Positions 10,445 to 21,344 of a DNA stretch of 64,000 nt are shown here, piece after piece. Numbering within the stretch: the first letter of the stretch is position 1; each line of letters starts with the position of its first letter. The stretch is taken from positions 21,869-85,868 of the forward strand of contig MHDC01000040.1 of assembly GCA_001803415.1 (NCBI GenBank), written 5' to 3'. The DNA is from Microgenomates group bacterium RBG_16_45_19 (GTDB lineage: Bacteria; Patescibacteriota; Microgenomatia; UBA1400; RBG-16-45-19). The notes beneath the pieces were generated by a model. The model did not search any database. It was not told where the DNA came from and saw nothing but the letters and a program-made list of their open reading frames with translations. Position numbers and translations under genes: made by a program.

Positions 10445-11260
10445 ATGGCTTTACACATCTCTATCGCCGCTGAAACGCTCTTTCATTTGGGCCCGGTCGC
10501 CATCACTAATTCTATTTTTACTAGTTGGCTTGTCTCGATTCTGATCATTTTAGTGGCCTTGAAATTCCATTATTCGACTAAAAGCGAAACCAAGCCGACT
10601 GGCTTACAAAACTTATTGGAAATGATTGTTGAGGCTTTTGAAAATCTCTGTAACTCTATTACTCAAAGCCGATTAAAAACGGCCGTCATTATCCCTATCC
10701 CTTTTGCCGCTTTTTGCTGGATTCTCCTCAACAACTGGTTTGGCTTACTGCCCGGAGTCGGCACTTTAGGTCTCACCGAGCCAACCGAACCACCCCAAGC
10801 TGCCTCACCTTTTTCGGTTTATGCCAAGGAAACTGAAGGCACTTCAGCCGAATCAGCTACCACTAAATTTGTGCCCATCTTTCGTGCCGGTACTGCCGAT
10901 CTTAACACCACTTTGGCTTTAGCTCTTGTTTCCGTCGGCGCCACCCAAGTCATCGGCGTTAAATTTGTTGGTCGTAGCTATTGGACTAAATTCTTTAATC
11001 TTAAAGGTATTTTTTCCTTTGTTGGTTTACTCGAATTCGTCTCCGAACTCAGTAAAATTGTCTCTTTTGCCTTCCGTCTTTTTGGCAACATTTTTGCCGG
11101 TGAAGTTCTTCTAACAGTTATTATGTTCCTGGTGCCTATCCTCGTCCCGGTCCCGTTTATCGGTCTGGAGTTTTTCGTCGGTATTATCCAGGCATTAGTT
11201 TTTGCCATGCTGACTATAGTCTTTATGAATATCGCTTCCGCCCATCAGGGGGAGCACTAA
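10445..11260 (+). CDS. atpB: F1Fo ATP synthase subunit a
   Basis: 271 aa polytopic protein. a-subunit signature helix FRLFGNIFAGE carries the essential Arg. First gene of the atpBEFHAGDC order. Confidence 0.9.
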   Translation: MALHISIAAETLFHLGPVAITNSIFTSWLVSILIILVALKFHYSTKSETKPTGLQNLLEMIVEAFENLCNSITQSRLKTAVIIPIPFAAFCWILLNNWFGLLPGVGTLGLTEPTEPPQAASPFSVYAKETEGTSAESATTKFVPIFRAGTADLNTTLALALVSVGATQVIGVKFVGRSYWTKFFNLKGIFSFVGLLEFVSELSKIVSFAFRLFGNIFAGEVLLTVIMFLVPILVPVPFIGLEFFVGIIQALVFAMLTIVFMNIASAHQGEH

Positions 11261-11286
11261 ATTATCGTTATAGAAAGGTGTCGTAA

Positions 11287-11526
<240 letters not shown>

Positions 11527-11541
11527 AAAAGGGAACCACTT

Positions 11542-12033
11542 ATGGAAATCGAATGGACTCAAATATTAATCCAAATGGTCAATTTTGGTTTGATTGTTGT
11601 TGTCCTGACTAAGTTGGTTTATAAACCAATTGTCAAAATCCTCAGCCAACGGACCGATCGTATCGCCTCGAGTCAATTGGACGCCGACAAAACCCGTCAA
11701 CAAAACCAAACCACCAGTCAAGCCGCTCAAGCCGAATTGCTTAAAGCCAAACAAACGGCTGAACAAATTATTCGTGAAGCTCAAAAAGAAGCCCGAGCCG
11801 ATGCCGCCAAAATCTTAGCTGAGGCTAAAATCCAAGCTAAAAAACAAACCGAAACCGAGCGTCAGCAGTCTCAGGCTGAAATGAAAGCGGAAAAAAAGTC
11901 GGTTCTGGGAAAATTAGCTACCTTGGTGACCCAAACCACCGCTCAGGTCCTACAAAACGCCTTATCATCGAAGGAACAACACCAAATTATTGCCTCGCAA
12001 CTCAAAATCATCAAAGGAGTCCGCTTTGACTAA
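11542..12033 (+). CDS. atpF: F1Fo ATP synthase subunit b
   Basis: 163 aa. A single N-terminal TM helix, then a long Ala/Lys/Gln/Glu-rich helix. Confidence 0.85.
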   Translation: MEIEWTQILIQMVNFGLIVVVLTKLVYKPIVKILSQRTDRIASSQLDADKTRQQNQTTSQAAQAELLKAKQTAEQIIREAQKEARADAAKILAEAKIQAKKQTETERQQSQAEMKAEKKSVLGKLATLVTQTTAQVLQNALSSKEQHQIIASQLKIIKGVRFD

Positions 12034-12280
12034 AACCAAACCGGCGACTGCTCCAGTTTTCGTGACTGTGGCCTCGGCTGTGCCCCTGACGCCGGCCGAA
12101 CTGGCCACTCTCGCCGACCTCTTAAGCCGTCAATTAGGGTCCATTACCCTTAAACCGATCGTTAAACCTCAACTGGTGGCCGGCCTGACGCTCACCGTGA
12201 CCGATCGGACGCTCGATTTATCCATCAAACATCGTTTGGAATTACTCCAACATCAACTTGCTCCTCATGCCCAGTCCTAA
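12026..12280 (+). CDS. atpH: F1Fo ATP synthase subunit delta (OSCP), C-terminal-domain-only form
   Basis: Matches only the OSCP C-terminal domain ([12 protein letters not shown]...[25 protein letters not shown]). Likely TTG start at 12026, preceded by AAAGGAG (12013-12019) and overlapping the atpF stop. The ORF-track start at 11990 is also possible. Confidence 0.7.
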   Translation: MTKTKPATAPVFVTVASAVPLTPAELATLADLLSRQLGSITLKPIVKPQLVAGLTLTVTDRTLDLSIKHRLELLQHQLAPHAQS

Positions 12281-13787
12281 ACTAATTGACCAGCTGACTC
12301 AGTCGCTTAAAGTCGCTCCTTCAAAACCGACTTTTACTCAAGCCGGTACCATCATTCGTGTCGGTGACGGCATTGCCCTGATTTCCGGCCTGTCCGAAGC
12401 TCGGATGAGTGAACTTTTACTCTTTCCTGGTGGGGTTCGTGGCTTGGTTTTAAACTTGAATCAAGACTCTATTGGCGTGGTCATTTTGGGTAGCGACCTT
12501 CACCTCAAAGCCGGTGACTCGGTTTGGCACACTGACCAACAGTTATCCATACCCGCATCGAAACAGCTGCTTGGTCGGGTCATCACCCCCTTGGGTGATC
12601 CTTTGGATGGCGGTGATCCGATTGTTCCGGATCAAATTATGCCGCTTGAACGTTTGGCTCCCGGAGTCATTGATCGCCAACCGGTCTCGGAGCCTCTCCA
12701 GACCGGTATCAAAGCCATCGATAGCATGATCCCGATCGGCCAGGGTCAGCGCGAGTTGATTATCGGTGACCGTTCTACCGGTAAATCGGCTATTGTCCTC
12801 ACCACCATGATTAACCAACAAGCCGAAAACGTTATTTGCATCTACGTCGCCATCGGCCAAAAGCGCTCATTCGTCGCCCAAACCATCGACACCCTTAAAC
12901 GCTTTAATGCTATGCCTTATTCGATTATTGTCTCGGCTTCGGCTTCCGATCCGGCCCCCTTACAATATCTGGCTCCTTATGCCGGTTGCGCCATCGGTGA
13001 ATACTTTGCTCAAAAAGGTCTTCACGCTTTGGTTATCTACGATGATCTCTCTAAACATGCCTGGGCTTACCGGGAAATGTCGCTCCTTCTTAGACGACCG
13101 TCCGGGCGGGAAGCCTATCCCGGTGACGTCTTTTACCTCCATTCGCGGCTGTTGGAACGGGCAGTCAAGTATTCCACCAAACAGGGTGGGGGTTCCCTGA
13201 CCGCTCTGCCTATAATTGAAACCCAAGCCGGTGACATCTCCGCTTATATCCCCACTAACGTTATTTCCATTACCGATGGTCAAATCTTTTTAGATACCGA
13301 TATGTTTAACGCCGGTCAGCGTCCGGCGGTTAATTTGGGTATCTCGGTTTCCCGCGTTGGTGGTGCTGCTCAAATCAAAGCTATGAAGCAGGTGGTCGGC
13401 TCTCTCAAAATTGATATGGCCCAATTCCGTGAACTAGCCGCCTTTGCTCAATTCTCCTCTGACCTCGATCCTCAGACTCGGTCTCAATTGGAACGCGGTC
13501 AACGGATTACCGAGATCTTAAAACAAGGCTGGGATGAACCAACTCCCGTCGAAGATCAAGTCGCCGTCTTCCACGCCGCTGCTACCGGTTTAATCGATCA
13601 AGTCCAAATCAATTTAGTCAAAACCTGGGAGACCAAGTACCTGGCCTTTCTCCACCATCATCATGCTGATCTGTTAAAAACTATTCACTCCCAAAAAACC
13701 CTTTCCCCGGCTCTGCTGACCGCCCTCAAACAAGCTTCCGACGCCTTCTTAAAGCAGAATCCCGAACTCTTAATCACTCCAGACTAA
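12267..13787 (+). CDS. atpA: F1 ATP synthase subunit alpha
   Basis: Walker [62 protein letters not shown] at 12267 (the track uses TTG 12258) overlaps the atpH end. Confidence 0.95.
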   Translation: MPSPKLIDQLTQSLKVAPSKPTFTQAGTIIRVGDGIALISGLSEARMSELLLFPGGVRGLVLNLNQDSIGVVILGSDLHLKAGDSVWHTDQQLSIPASKQLLGRVITPLGDPLDGGDPIVPDQIMPLERLAPGVIDRQPVSEPLQTGIKAIDSMIPIGQGQRELIIGDRSTGKSAIVLTTMINQQAENVICIYVAIGQKRSFVAQTIDTLKRFNAMPYSIIVSASASDPAPLQYLAPYAGCAIGEYFAQKGLHALVIYDDLSKHAWAYREMSLLLRRPSGREAYPGDVFYLHSRLLERAVKYSTKQGGGSLTALPIIETQAGDISAYIPTNVISITDGQIFLDTDMFNAGQRPAVNLGISVSRVGGAAQIKAMKQVVGSLKIDMAQFRELAAFAQFSSDLDPQTRSQLERGQRITEILKQGWDEPTPVEDQVAVFHAAATGLIDQVQINLVKTWETKYLAFLHHHHADLLKTIHSQKTLSPALLTALKQASDAFLKQNPELLITPD

Positions 13788-13790
13788 CCT

Positions 13791-16083
<2,293 letters not shown>

Positions 16084-16094
16084 CTGCTGACTTT

Positions 16095-16526
16095 ATGCAG
16101 CTCAAATTGGATATTATTACCCAAGAAAAGCATCTTCTTTCCGACACTGTTGACCAGATTACCGCTCCGGCCGCTACCGGTGAAGTCACCATTCTACCCA
16201 ATCATATCCCTCTATTTACTCGGCTAAATGACGGCATTATCCGCTACCGTAAGGGAACGACGGCCATCGAATATGCCGTTCTCGGTGGTTTTATGGATGT
16301 CGCCCCCGGTAGCCACGTCACCATTTTAGCCGACTCGGCTATCCGCTCAGCTGACATCAATCTAGCCAAAGCCGAAGCCGCCAAAGCCAAAGCCGAAGCC
16401 GCCCTCCAAAATAAACAATCCGAAGTCGAGTTCAAGCTCGCCGAAGCCGCCCTGCGTAAAGCCCTCTTGGAATTGAAAGCGGCCCGCCGTCATCATGGCT
16501 CTAACCCCTTACCGTCTGCTGCTTAA
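16095..16526 (+). CDS. atpC: F1 ATP synthase subunit epsilon (full length)
   Basis: 143 aa. N-terminal beta-sandwich (GEVTILPNHIPL) plus a C-terminal Ala/Lys/Glu-rich helical hairpin. Confidence 0.9.
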   Translation: MQLKLDIITQEKHLLSDTVDQITAPAATGEVTILPNHIPLFTRLNDGIIRYRKGTTAIEYAVLGGFMDVAPGSHVTILADSAIRSADINLAKAEAAKAKAEAALQNKQSEVEFKLAEAALRKALLELKAARRHHGSNPLPSAA

Positions 16527-16529
16527 ACT

Positions 16530-17231
16530 ATGTCTTCACTCCCTCCAGTAACCGTCATCCATGGTGATGCCCTACTTCAGAGTCGTCAATTCTTCCATCA
16601 GCTCTTCACCCAAACTCCGGCTCAGACAGAAACCGTCCGTTTTGAAGGTAAGGATCTGGATTTAACGGCGCTAGTTCAAGCTTGTCAGTCAACTAGTTTA
16701 ATTGCTTTAAACCGTCTCATCATCATTGAAAACCTCTTCCACCCATCGGCTAAAGCCAAACTGGCTACCACTAGCGCTTATTGCCGCGAATTAATCCAAG
16801 GGACCACCGCCTACCCGTTAGTTATTTACGAGCCGCGCTTGCTAACCCCAGCCCAACTCAAATTAGTCCAGGGTGCCTCAGTCAAGAGCTTTAAAACTCC
16901 TCCAGTTGTGTTTCAGTTTTTAGCCAACCTCGCTCCCCAAAAACAGGCTCAATTTATTCCGCTCTACCAACGCTCGCTCAAGAAGCAACCGGCTGAACTG
17001 CTCTTAGCCATGATCGCCCGCCAAATCCGGCTGTTGATTCAGCTGGCTGATCCTGATTTACACTTACCCCCCTGGCAAATGGCTAAGCTTTCGGCTCAAC
17101 GACGTCGCTTTACAGACGAACAATTGACCGCCTTCCATGACCAACTGGTTCTTCTCGACCGTCGCGCCAAACAAGGCCAAATCACTGGTTCGCTTGGTCA
17201 GGAATTGGCCATGCTTTTATTAAAGCTGTAG
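16530..17231 (+). CDS. holA: Possible DNA polymerase III delta subunit (short)
   Basis: 233 aa. Weak clamp-loader-delta-like pattern (VIHGDALL..., LIIIENLF block, helical C-terminal half). Short for HolA, so the assignment is tentative. Confidence 0.4.
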   Translation: MSSLPPVTVIHGDALLQSRQFFHQLFTQTPAQTETVRFEGKDLDLTALVQACQSTSLIALNRLIIIENLFHPSAKAKLATTSAYCRELIQGTTAYPLVIYEPRLLTPAQLKLVQGASVKSFKTPPVVFQFLANLAPQKQAQFIPLYQRSLKKQPAELLLAMIARQIRLLIQLADPDLHLPPWQMAKLSAQRRRFTDEQLTAFHDQLVLLDRRAKQGQITGSLGQELAMLLLKL

Positions 17232-17237
17232 TGTACC

Positions 17238-18668
17238 ATGATGAGGCGTATGCCTTTGGTAAAGCATATCAATCCTTATATTTTCCGCGGTTACGATTTA
17301 CGGGGTGAAGTCGACCAAGACTTGAACGACGATGTCATGTATACTCTCGGCCGGGCTTATGCCACTTTCCTCTGGGAACGAAGAATCTCTGAAGCTGCTG
17401 TCGGTCGAGATAATCGTCTCACTTCTGAAAATTATTCCAGGGCATTCATTCGTGGTTTAAACGAAGGTGGTATTAATACTCACGACATTGGCTTAAGTTT
17501 AAGTCAAATTGTTTACTACAGTACCTACTACTTTAGAACTAAAGGTAGCGTTATGGTGACTGCCTCCCACAATCCTAAAAATTATAATGGTTTAAAGTTG
17601 GGGACTGGTTATTCGGAAACTATGGTTTCTGAAGATATCCAATATTTTCATCAGTTAGTGACTAAAGGCCATTTCTCCGAAGGTAGCGGTACCAATGATT
17701 CCATCGATATTTTCCCAGACTATCTAAAACATTTACTAAAACATATCCACCTCAAGCGTTCCTGGAAAATTGTGGTAGACACCGGCAACACTACTTCCGG
17801 CCTTTTCTATCCAACCATATTTCGTGAAGCTGGTTGTCAAGTTGTCGAACAATATACCAACCTTGATGGTAATTTCCCCTTAGGCGCTCCCGATCCTACC
17901 AAAGAATCAGTCCTAAAAAGAGTCTCCAAAGGCGTTAAACAGGCACAAGCCGAAATCGGTTTTGCTTTTGACGCCGATGGTGACCGTATGGCCGTCGTTG
18001 ACGAAAACGGCTCGGTTTTATGGATGGATACAATTGTGGCTTTGCTCGCTAAAGATGTCTTAGACTTTTTACCTGGCTCTCCGATTGTCTATAACACTCT
18101 TTGCTCCCGCCAAGTTACCGAAGCCATTGAAAAAGCTGGTGGTAAACCGGTCATGTGGCTCACCGGCCACTCCTTTATCAAAGCCAAGGTCAGACTAGAA
18201 AATGCTCCTTTCGGCGGCGAACTATCTGGCCACATTTACATTACTGACAATTTTTACGGACATGATGATGGGGCTTATGCTTGTCTTCGTTTGATTTCTT
18301 ACCTCGAACGCACCCACCAAACTCTCTCCCAAGCCGCGGCTAAATTATCCCAATACCAATCTAGTCCGGAAATAAAATTTGGCTTAGCTGACGATCTTAA
18401 ATTTAAGTTCATTAAAAATACGATTACGCCTGAATTCAAGCAAACCTGGCCTAAGGCCAAATTTATTGATATCGATGGTATACGCTTTGATTTATCAAAT
18501 CAAATGGCCATCCTCCGCGCTTCTCAAAACGGTCCCTATATTACCTTAAAGTTTGAGCATAAAACCAAAGACGGTTATGAAATCTTAAAACGGCAGTTAA
18601 AAACCATCATGTCTAAGCACTCCGAAATCAACTGGTCCGAAGGTGTCAACACCCACGCTTTAGATTGA
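17238..18668 (+). CDS. Phosphomannomutase/phosphoglucomutase (alpha-D-phosphohexomutase family)
   Basis: 476 aa. IFRGYDLRG, active-site loop TASHNPKNYNGLK, metal loop FDADGDRM, GGELSGH. Confidence 0.9.
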   Translation: MMRRMPLVKHINPYIFRGYDLRGEVDQDLNDDVMYTLGRAYATFLWERRISEAAVGRDNRLTSENYSRAFIRGLNEGGINTHDIGLSLSQIVYYSTYYFRTKGSVMVTASHNPKNYNGLKLGTGYSETMVSEDIQYFHQLVTKGHFSEGSGTNDSIDIFPDYLKHLLKHIHLKRSWKIVVDTGNTTSGLFYPTIFREAGCQVVEQYTNLDGNFPLGAPDPTKESVLKRVSKGVKQAQAEIGFAFDADGDRMAVVDENGSVLWMDTIVALLAKDVLDFLPGSPIVYNTLCSRQVTEAIEKAGGKPVMWLTGHSFIKAKVRLENAPFGGELSGHIYITDNFYGHDDGAYACLRLISYLERTHQTLSQAAAKLSQYQSSPEIKFGLADDLKFKFIKNTITPEFKQTWPKAKFIDIDGIRFDLSNQMAILRASQNGPYITLKFEHKTKDGYEILKRQLKTIMSKHSEINWSEGVNTHALD

Positions 18669-18672
18669 ACCA

Positions 18673-19479
18673 ATGACCTCAGTTTTAGACCTCAAATCCG
18701 CTTTAAATTTCGCCCAAAACCTGGCTCAATCGGTCGGGGAAAAATTGTTAGCTATGCAAAATAATGTCTCGGTCGTGGCCTTTAAGGAACGTCAAGATAT
18801 GGTCACCACCGCCGACTATGCTGCCGAAAAACTGTACCTAAAAGCGATTCACCACCAGTATCCAGATCACTCCATTCACTCCGAAGAGCAGGGGAGTGAC
18901 CAAAAAAAATCTGATTACCAATGGATTATCGATCCCCTCGACGGCACCAAGGAATACCTCCGTGGTATCCCTTTATGGAATACTAACTTGACCCTGGAAT
19001 TACATCGCCGGCCGATATTATCAGTTATCTATAAACCGGATTTAAAAGTTCTCTTTGCCGCAACCAAAGTCGTGGGTGTTCTAGAAAATGGCCGGCAGAC
19101 TAAGTTATCCACGATCAAAAGTCTGTCTCAATCGCATATCTATGCTTATCTACCTAGTCAAGCTTCGGTCTTTCAACCACTGGCTAAACCATGGCAAAAA
19201 ATGGCTCAGCTTTCCCAACAGACTTACCGCCTCAGGGGTAGCTCAGAAGAAGTAGTTTCGATTGCTTGGGTGGCTATCGGTAAAATCGAAGCCGCGGTCA
19301 ATTTCTGCCGTTTTCCCCAGTGGTATGATTTTGCTTCTGGTCTAGTTTGTGCCCAAACCGCTGGCTGTCGGGTTACTGACCTCAATAACCAACCAATTGA
19401 TTCCCGAGGTCAATATCAAGGGTATATTATTTCTAATGGTCTAATCCACCAAGCTATTATTGATTCTATTACTGCTTGA
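18673..19479 (+). CDS. Inositol monophosphatase family protein
   Basis: 268 aa. HSEEQG, WIIDPLDGTKEYLRG, C-terminal WYDFASG block. Confidence 0.8.
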   Translation: MTSVLDLKSALNFAQNLAQSVGEKLLAMQNNVSVVAFKERQDMVTTADYAAEKLYLKAIHHQYPDHSIHSEEQGSDQKKSDYQWIIDPLDGTKEYLRGIPLWNTNLTLELHRRPILSVIYKPDLKVLFAATKVVGVLENGRQTKLSTIKSLSQSHIYAYLPSQASVFQPLAKPWQKMAQLSQQTYRLRGSSEEVVSIAWVAIGKIEAAVNFCRFPQWYDFASGLVCAQTAGCRVTDLNNQPIDSRGQYQGYIISNGLIHQAIIDSITA

Positions 19480-19487
19480 GTCTGTCT

Positions 19488-20135
19488 ATGCCGCCAAAAC
19501 TAATCATCTACGATCTGGATAATACTTTGGTTATGACCCGGCCGGCGGCTAAGATTGGCTACCAGCAAGCCATTTACTTTATCGCCAAAAAGCACGGTCT
19601 TTACCGAGATCGGAATAAACTCTACCACCACTGGAAACGTCTAGTTCATAGCCTAAAGGTCGATCCCAAACCCTATAAACGTCGCTTTGCTTTCAGCCTG
19701 GGTCTCCTGTTGGATAAACACCAACTACCTCACACCCATCTTAACCAAGCCCTGCATTTGTATGAAAAAACGCTTCTGACTCACATTCGCACTGCCAAAG
19801 GCGCTAAAGAACTACTGTCCTCTTGTCATGATGCCAGCCTTAAACAGGTGGTCACCACCGGTTCTGACGCTGTCGAAGCCGTCCACAAACTCAAGGCCGT
19901 CTCCCTTTATTCCTTAATCGACCTGCTGATTACTGCTTTTGACATTGGCTCGATGAAGCCCCATTCCGATTATTACCTGAAACCGATGGCTCATTTTAAA
20001 GTTTCTCCCAACCAGACGGTTGTCATCGGCGACCATCAAGCCGAAGACATCGCCCCCGCCCTCAAGCTGGGCTTGACTGTTTACCGGGTCACGCCTCAAA
20101 GCCACCTCATGGAATTTCAAAAACACCTGTTTTAA
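19488..20135 (+). CDS. HAD-superfamily hydrolase
   Basis: IIYDLDNTL (DxD nucleophile motif), VVTTGS (motif II), VVIGDHQAEDI (motif IV). ATG at 19488; the track start is TTG 19476. Confidence 0.75.
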   Translation: MPPKLIIYDLDNTLVMTRPAAKIGYQQAIYFIAKKHGLYRDRNKLYHHWKRLVHSLKVDPKPYKRRFAFSLGLLLDKHQLPHTHLNQALHLYEKTLLTHIRTAKGAKELLSSCHDASLKQVVTTGSDAVEAVHKLKAVSLYSLIDLLITAFDIGSMKPHSDYYLKPMAHFKVSPNQTVVIGDHQAEDIAPALKLGLTVYRVTPQSHLMEFQKHLF

Positions 20136-20156
20136 GTTAAACTTAAGTTATCCTTT

Positions 20157-21239
20157 ATGGATTCATTCGATCAAACCCTTTTAGATGATCCTACCCGCCT
20201 CGCCGCTATCGACACCAGTCAAGTCCTCGCCTCGATCGTGGCTTTACCTGAACAATGCCTGGATGCCGCCGCTCAAATTCAAAACCTTAATTTTCCTGAT
20301 CCTTATCGGTCGGTTAAGCGGGTTCTCATCGCCGGCATGGGCGGTTCCAACTTAGGTGGCCGGATCATCGAAGCCGTTTTTGCCGACGAACTGACCCTAC
20401 CCATGGTCCGTCTCCATGATTACCACCTGCCTGCCTGGGCCGATGCCCAAACCCTAATTATCTGTTCTTCCTATTCGGGCACTACCGAAGAAACTCTTTC
20501 GGTCGCCGCCGAGGCCATCCAACGTCAGTTACTTTGGACCGCCATCGGTACCGGTGCCGATTTGATAGCCTTAGCCCAGGCTCAGGCCGTCCCTTATTAC
20601 CAAATTCAACCAACTCACAACCCTTCCGATCAACCCCGCCTGGCCTTGGGTTATTCCCTGATTGGCCAACTCCTGATCCTGGCCAAACTGGGTTTAATCA
20701 ACCTCCCGGCCTCAGCCATTGACCACTTGGTTGCCGCTATGAAATTGGTAGTCAGTCAAAATCAACTGTCCGTTCCCTTGAATTCTAATCCTGCCAAACA
20801 ATTGGCCGTATCTTTGTATGGTCGTTTGCCAGTGCTTATCAGCTCCGGTCATTTAATCGGCACTACCCACAGTTTAAAAAATCAATTTAATGAAAACGCT
20901 AAAACCTTTGCCGCCTGTTTCGATCTGCCCGAGCTTAACCATCATCTCATGGAAGGTTTAGTCCATCCCTCGACCAATCCTCAAAACTTAGCCTTTATCA
21001 GTTTTCTTTCCTCCCTCTATTCCGAGCGGATCAGCCGCCGCTTCAGCTTGACTCAAGAGGTGATTACTCAAAACCACCTTCCGGTTTACCCTTATGCCGT
21101 TCCCGGCGACACCGAGCTAACCCAAGCCTTTACCGGTCTCCAATTCGGGTCATTCGTGATCTTCTATTTAGGCATGCTTTACCAGCAGGATCCGGCGCCG
21201 ATTCCCTGGGTTGATTACTTTAAAGCCAAATTGGCTTGA
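20157..21239 (+). CDS. Bifunctional phosphoglucose/phosphomannose isomerase-like SIS-domain protein
   Basis: 360 aa. GMGGSNLGG and CSSYSGTTEET SIS motifs. Size and layout match the PGI/PMI family. Confidence 0.75.
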   Translation: MDSFDQTLLDDPTRLAAIDTSQVLASIVALPEQCLDAAAQIQNLNFPDPYRSVKRVLIAGMGGSNLGGRIIEAVFADELTLPMVRLHDYHLPAWADAQTLIICSSYSGTTEETLSVAAEAIQRQLLWTAIGTGADLIALAQAQAVPYYQIQPTHNPSDQPRLALGYSLIGQLLILAKLGLINLPASAIDHLVAAMKLVVSQNQLSVPLNSNPAKQLAVSLYGRLPVLISSGHLIGTTHSLKNQFNENAKTFAACFDLPELNHHLMEGLVHPSTNPQNLAFISFLSSLYSERISRRFSLTQEVITQNHLPVYPYAVPGDTELTQAFTGLQFGSFVIFYLGMLYQQDPAPIPWVDYFKAKLA

Positions 21240-21261
21240 AAACCATCACTGTCTTTTTCTC

Positions 21262-21290
21262 TTGATAAACGGCTGGTTAAAACTTACAAT
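21262..21290 (+). promoter_or_regulatory. Promoter upstream of the PpsA-like gene
   Basis: TTGATA (21262-21267), 17 nt, TACAAT (21285-21290). It predicts a roughly 48-nt structured leader. Confidence 0.55.
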
Positions 21291-21344
21291 GAAACTTAGC
21301 GCCGCCCCTTTTGATCGGCGCCTATTGTAATGGGAAAATAGGCC

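Noticed and set aside
16365-16403. Apparent DNA tandem repeat gccaaagccgaagccgcc inside atpC.
   Set aside because: It is in frame and encodes AKAEAAKAKAEAA. This is an Ala/Lys/Glu heptad-like stretch of the epsilon C-terminal helix, so it is coding low complexity rather than a structural DNA repeat.
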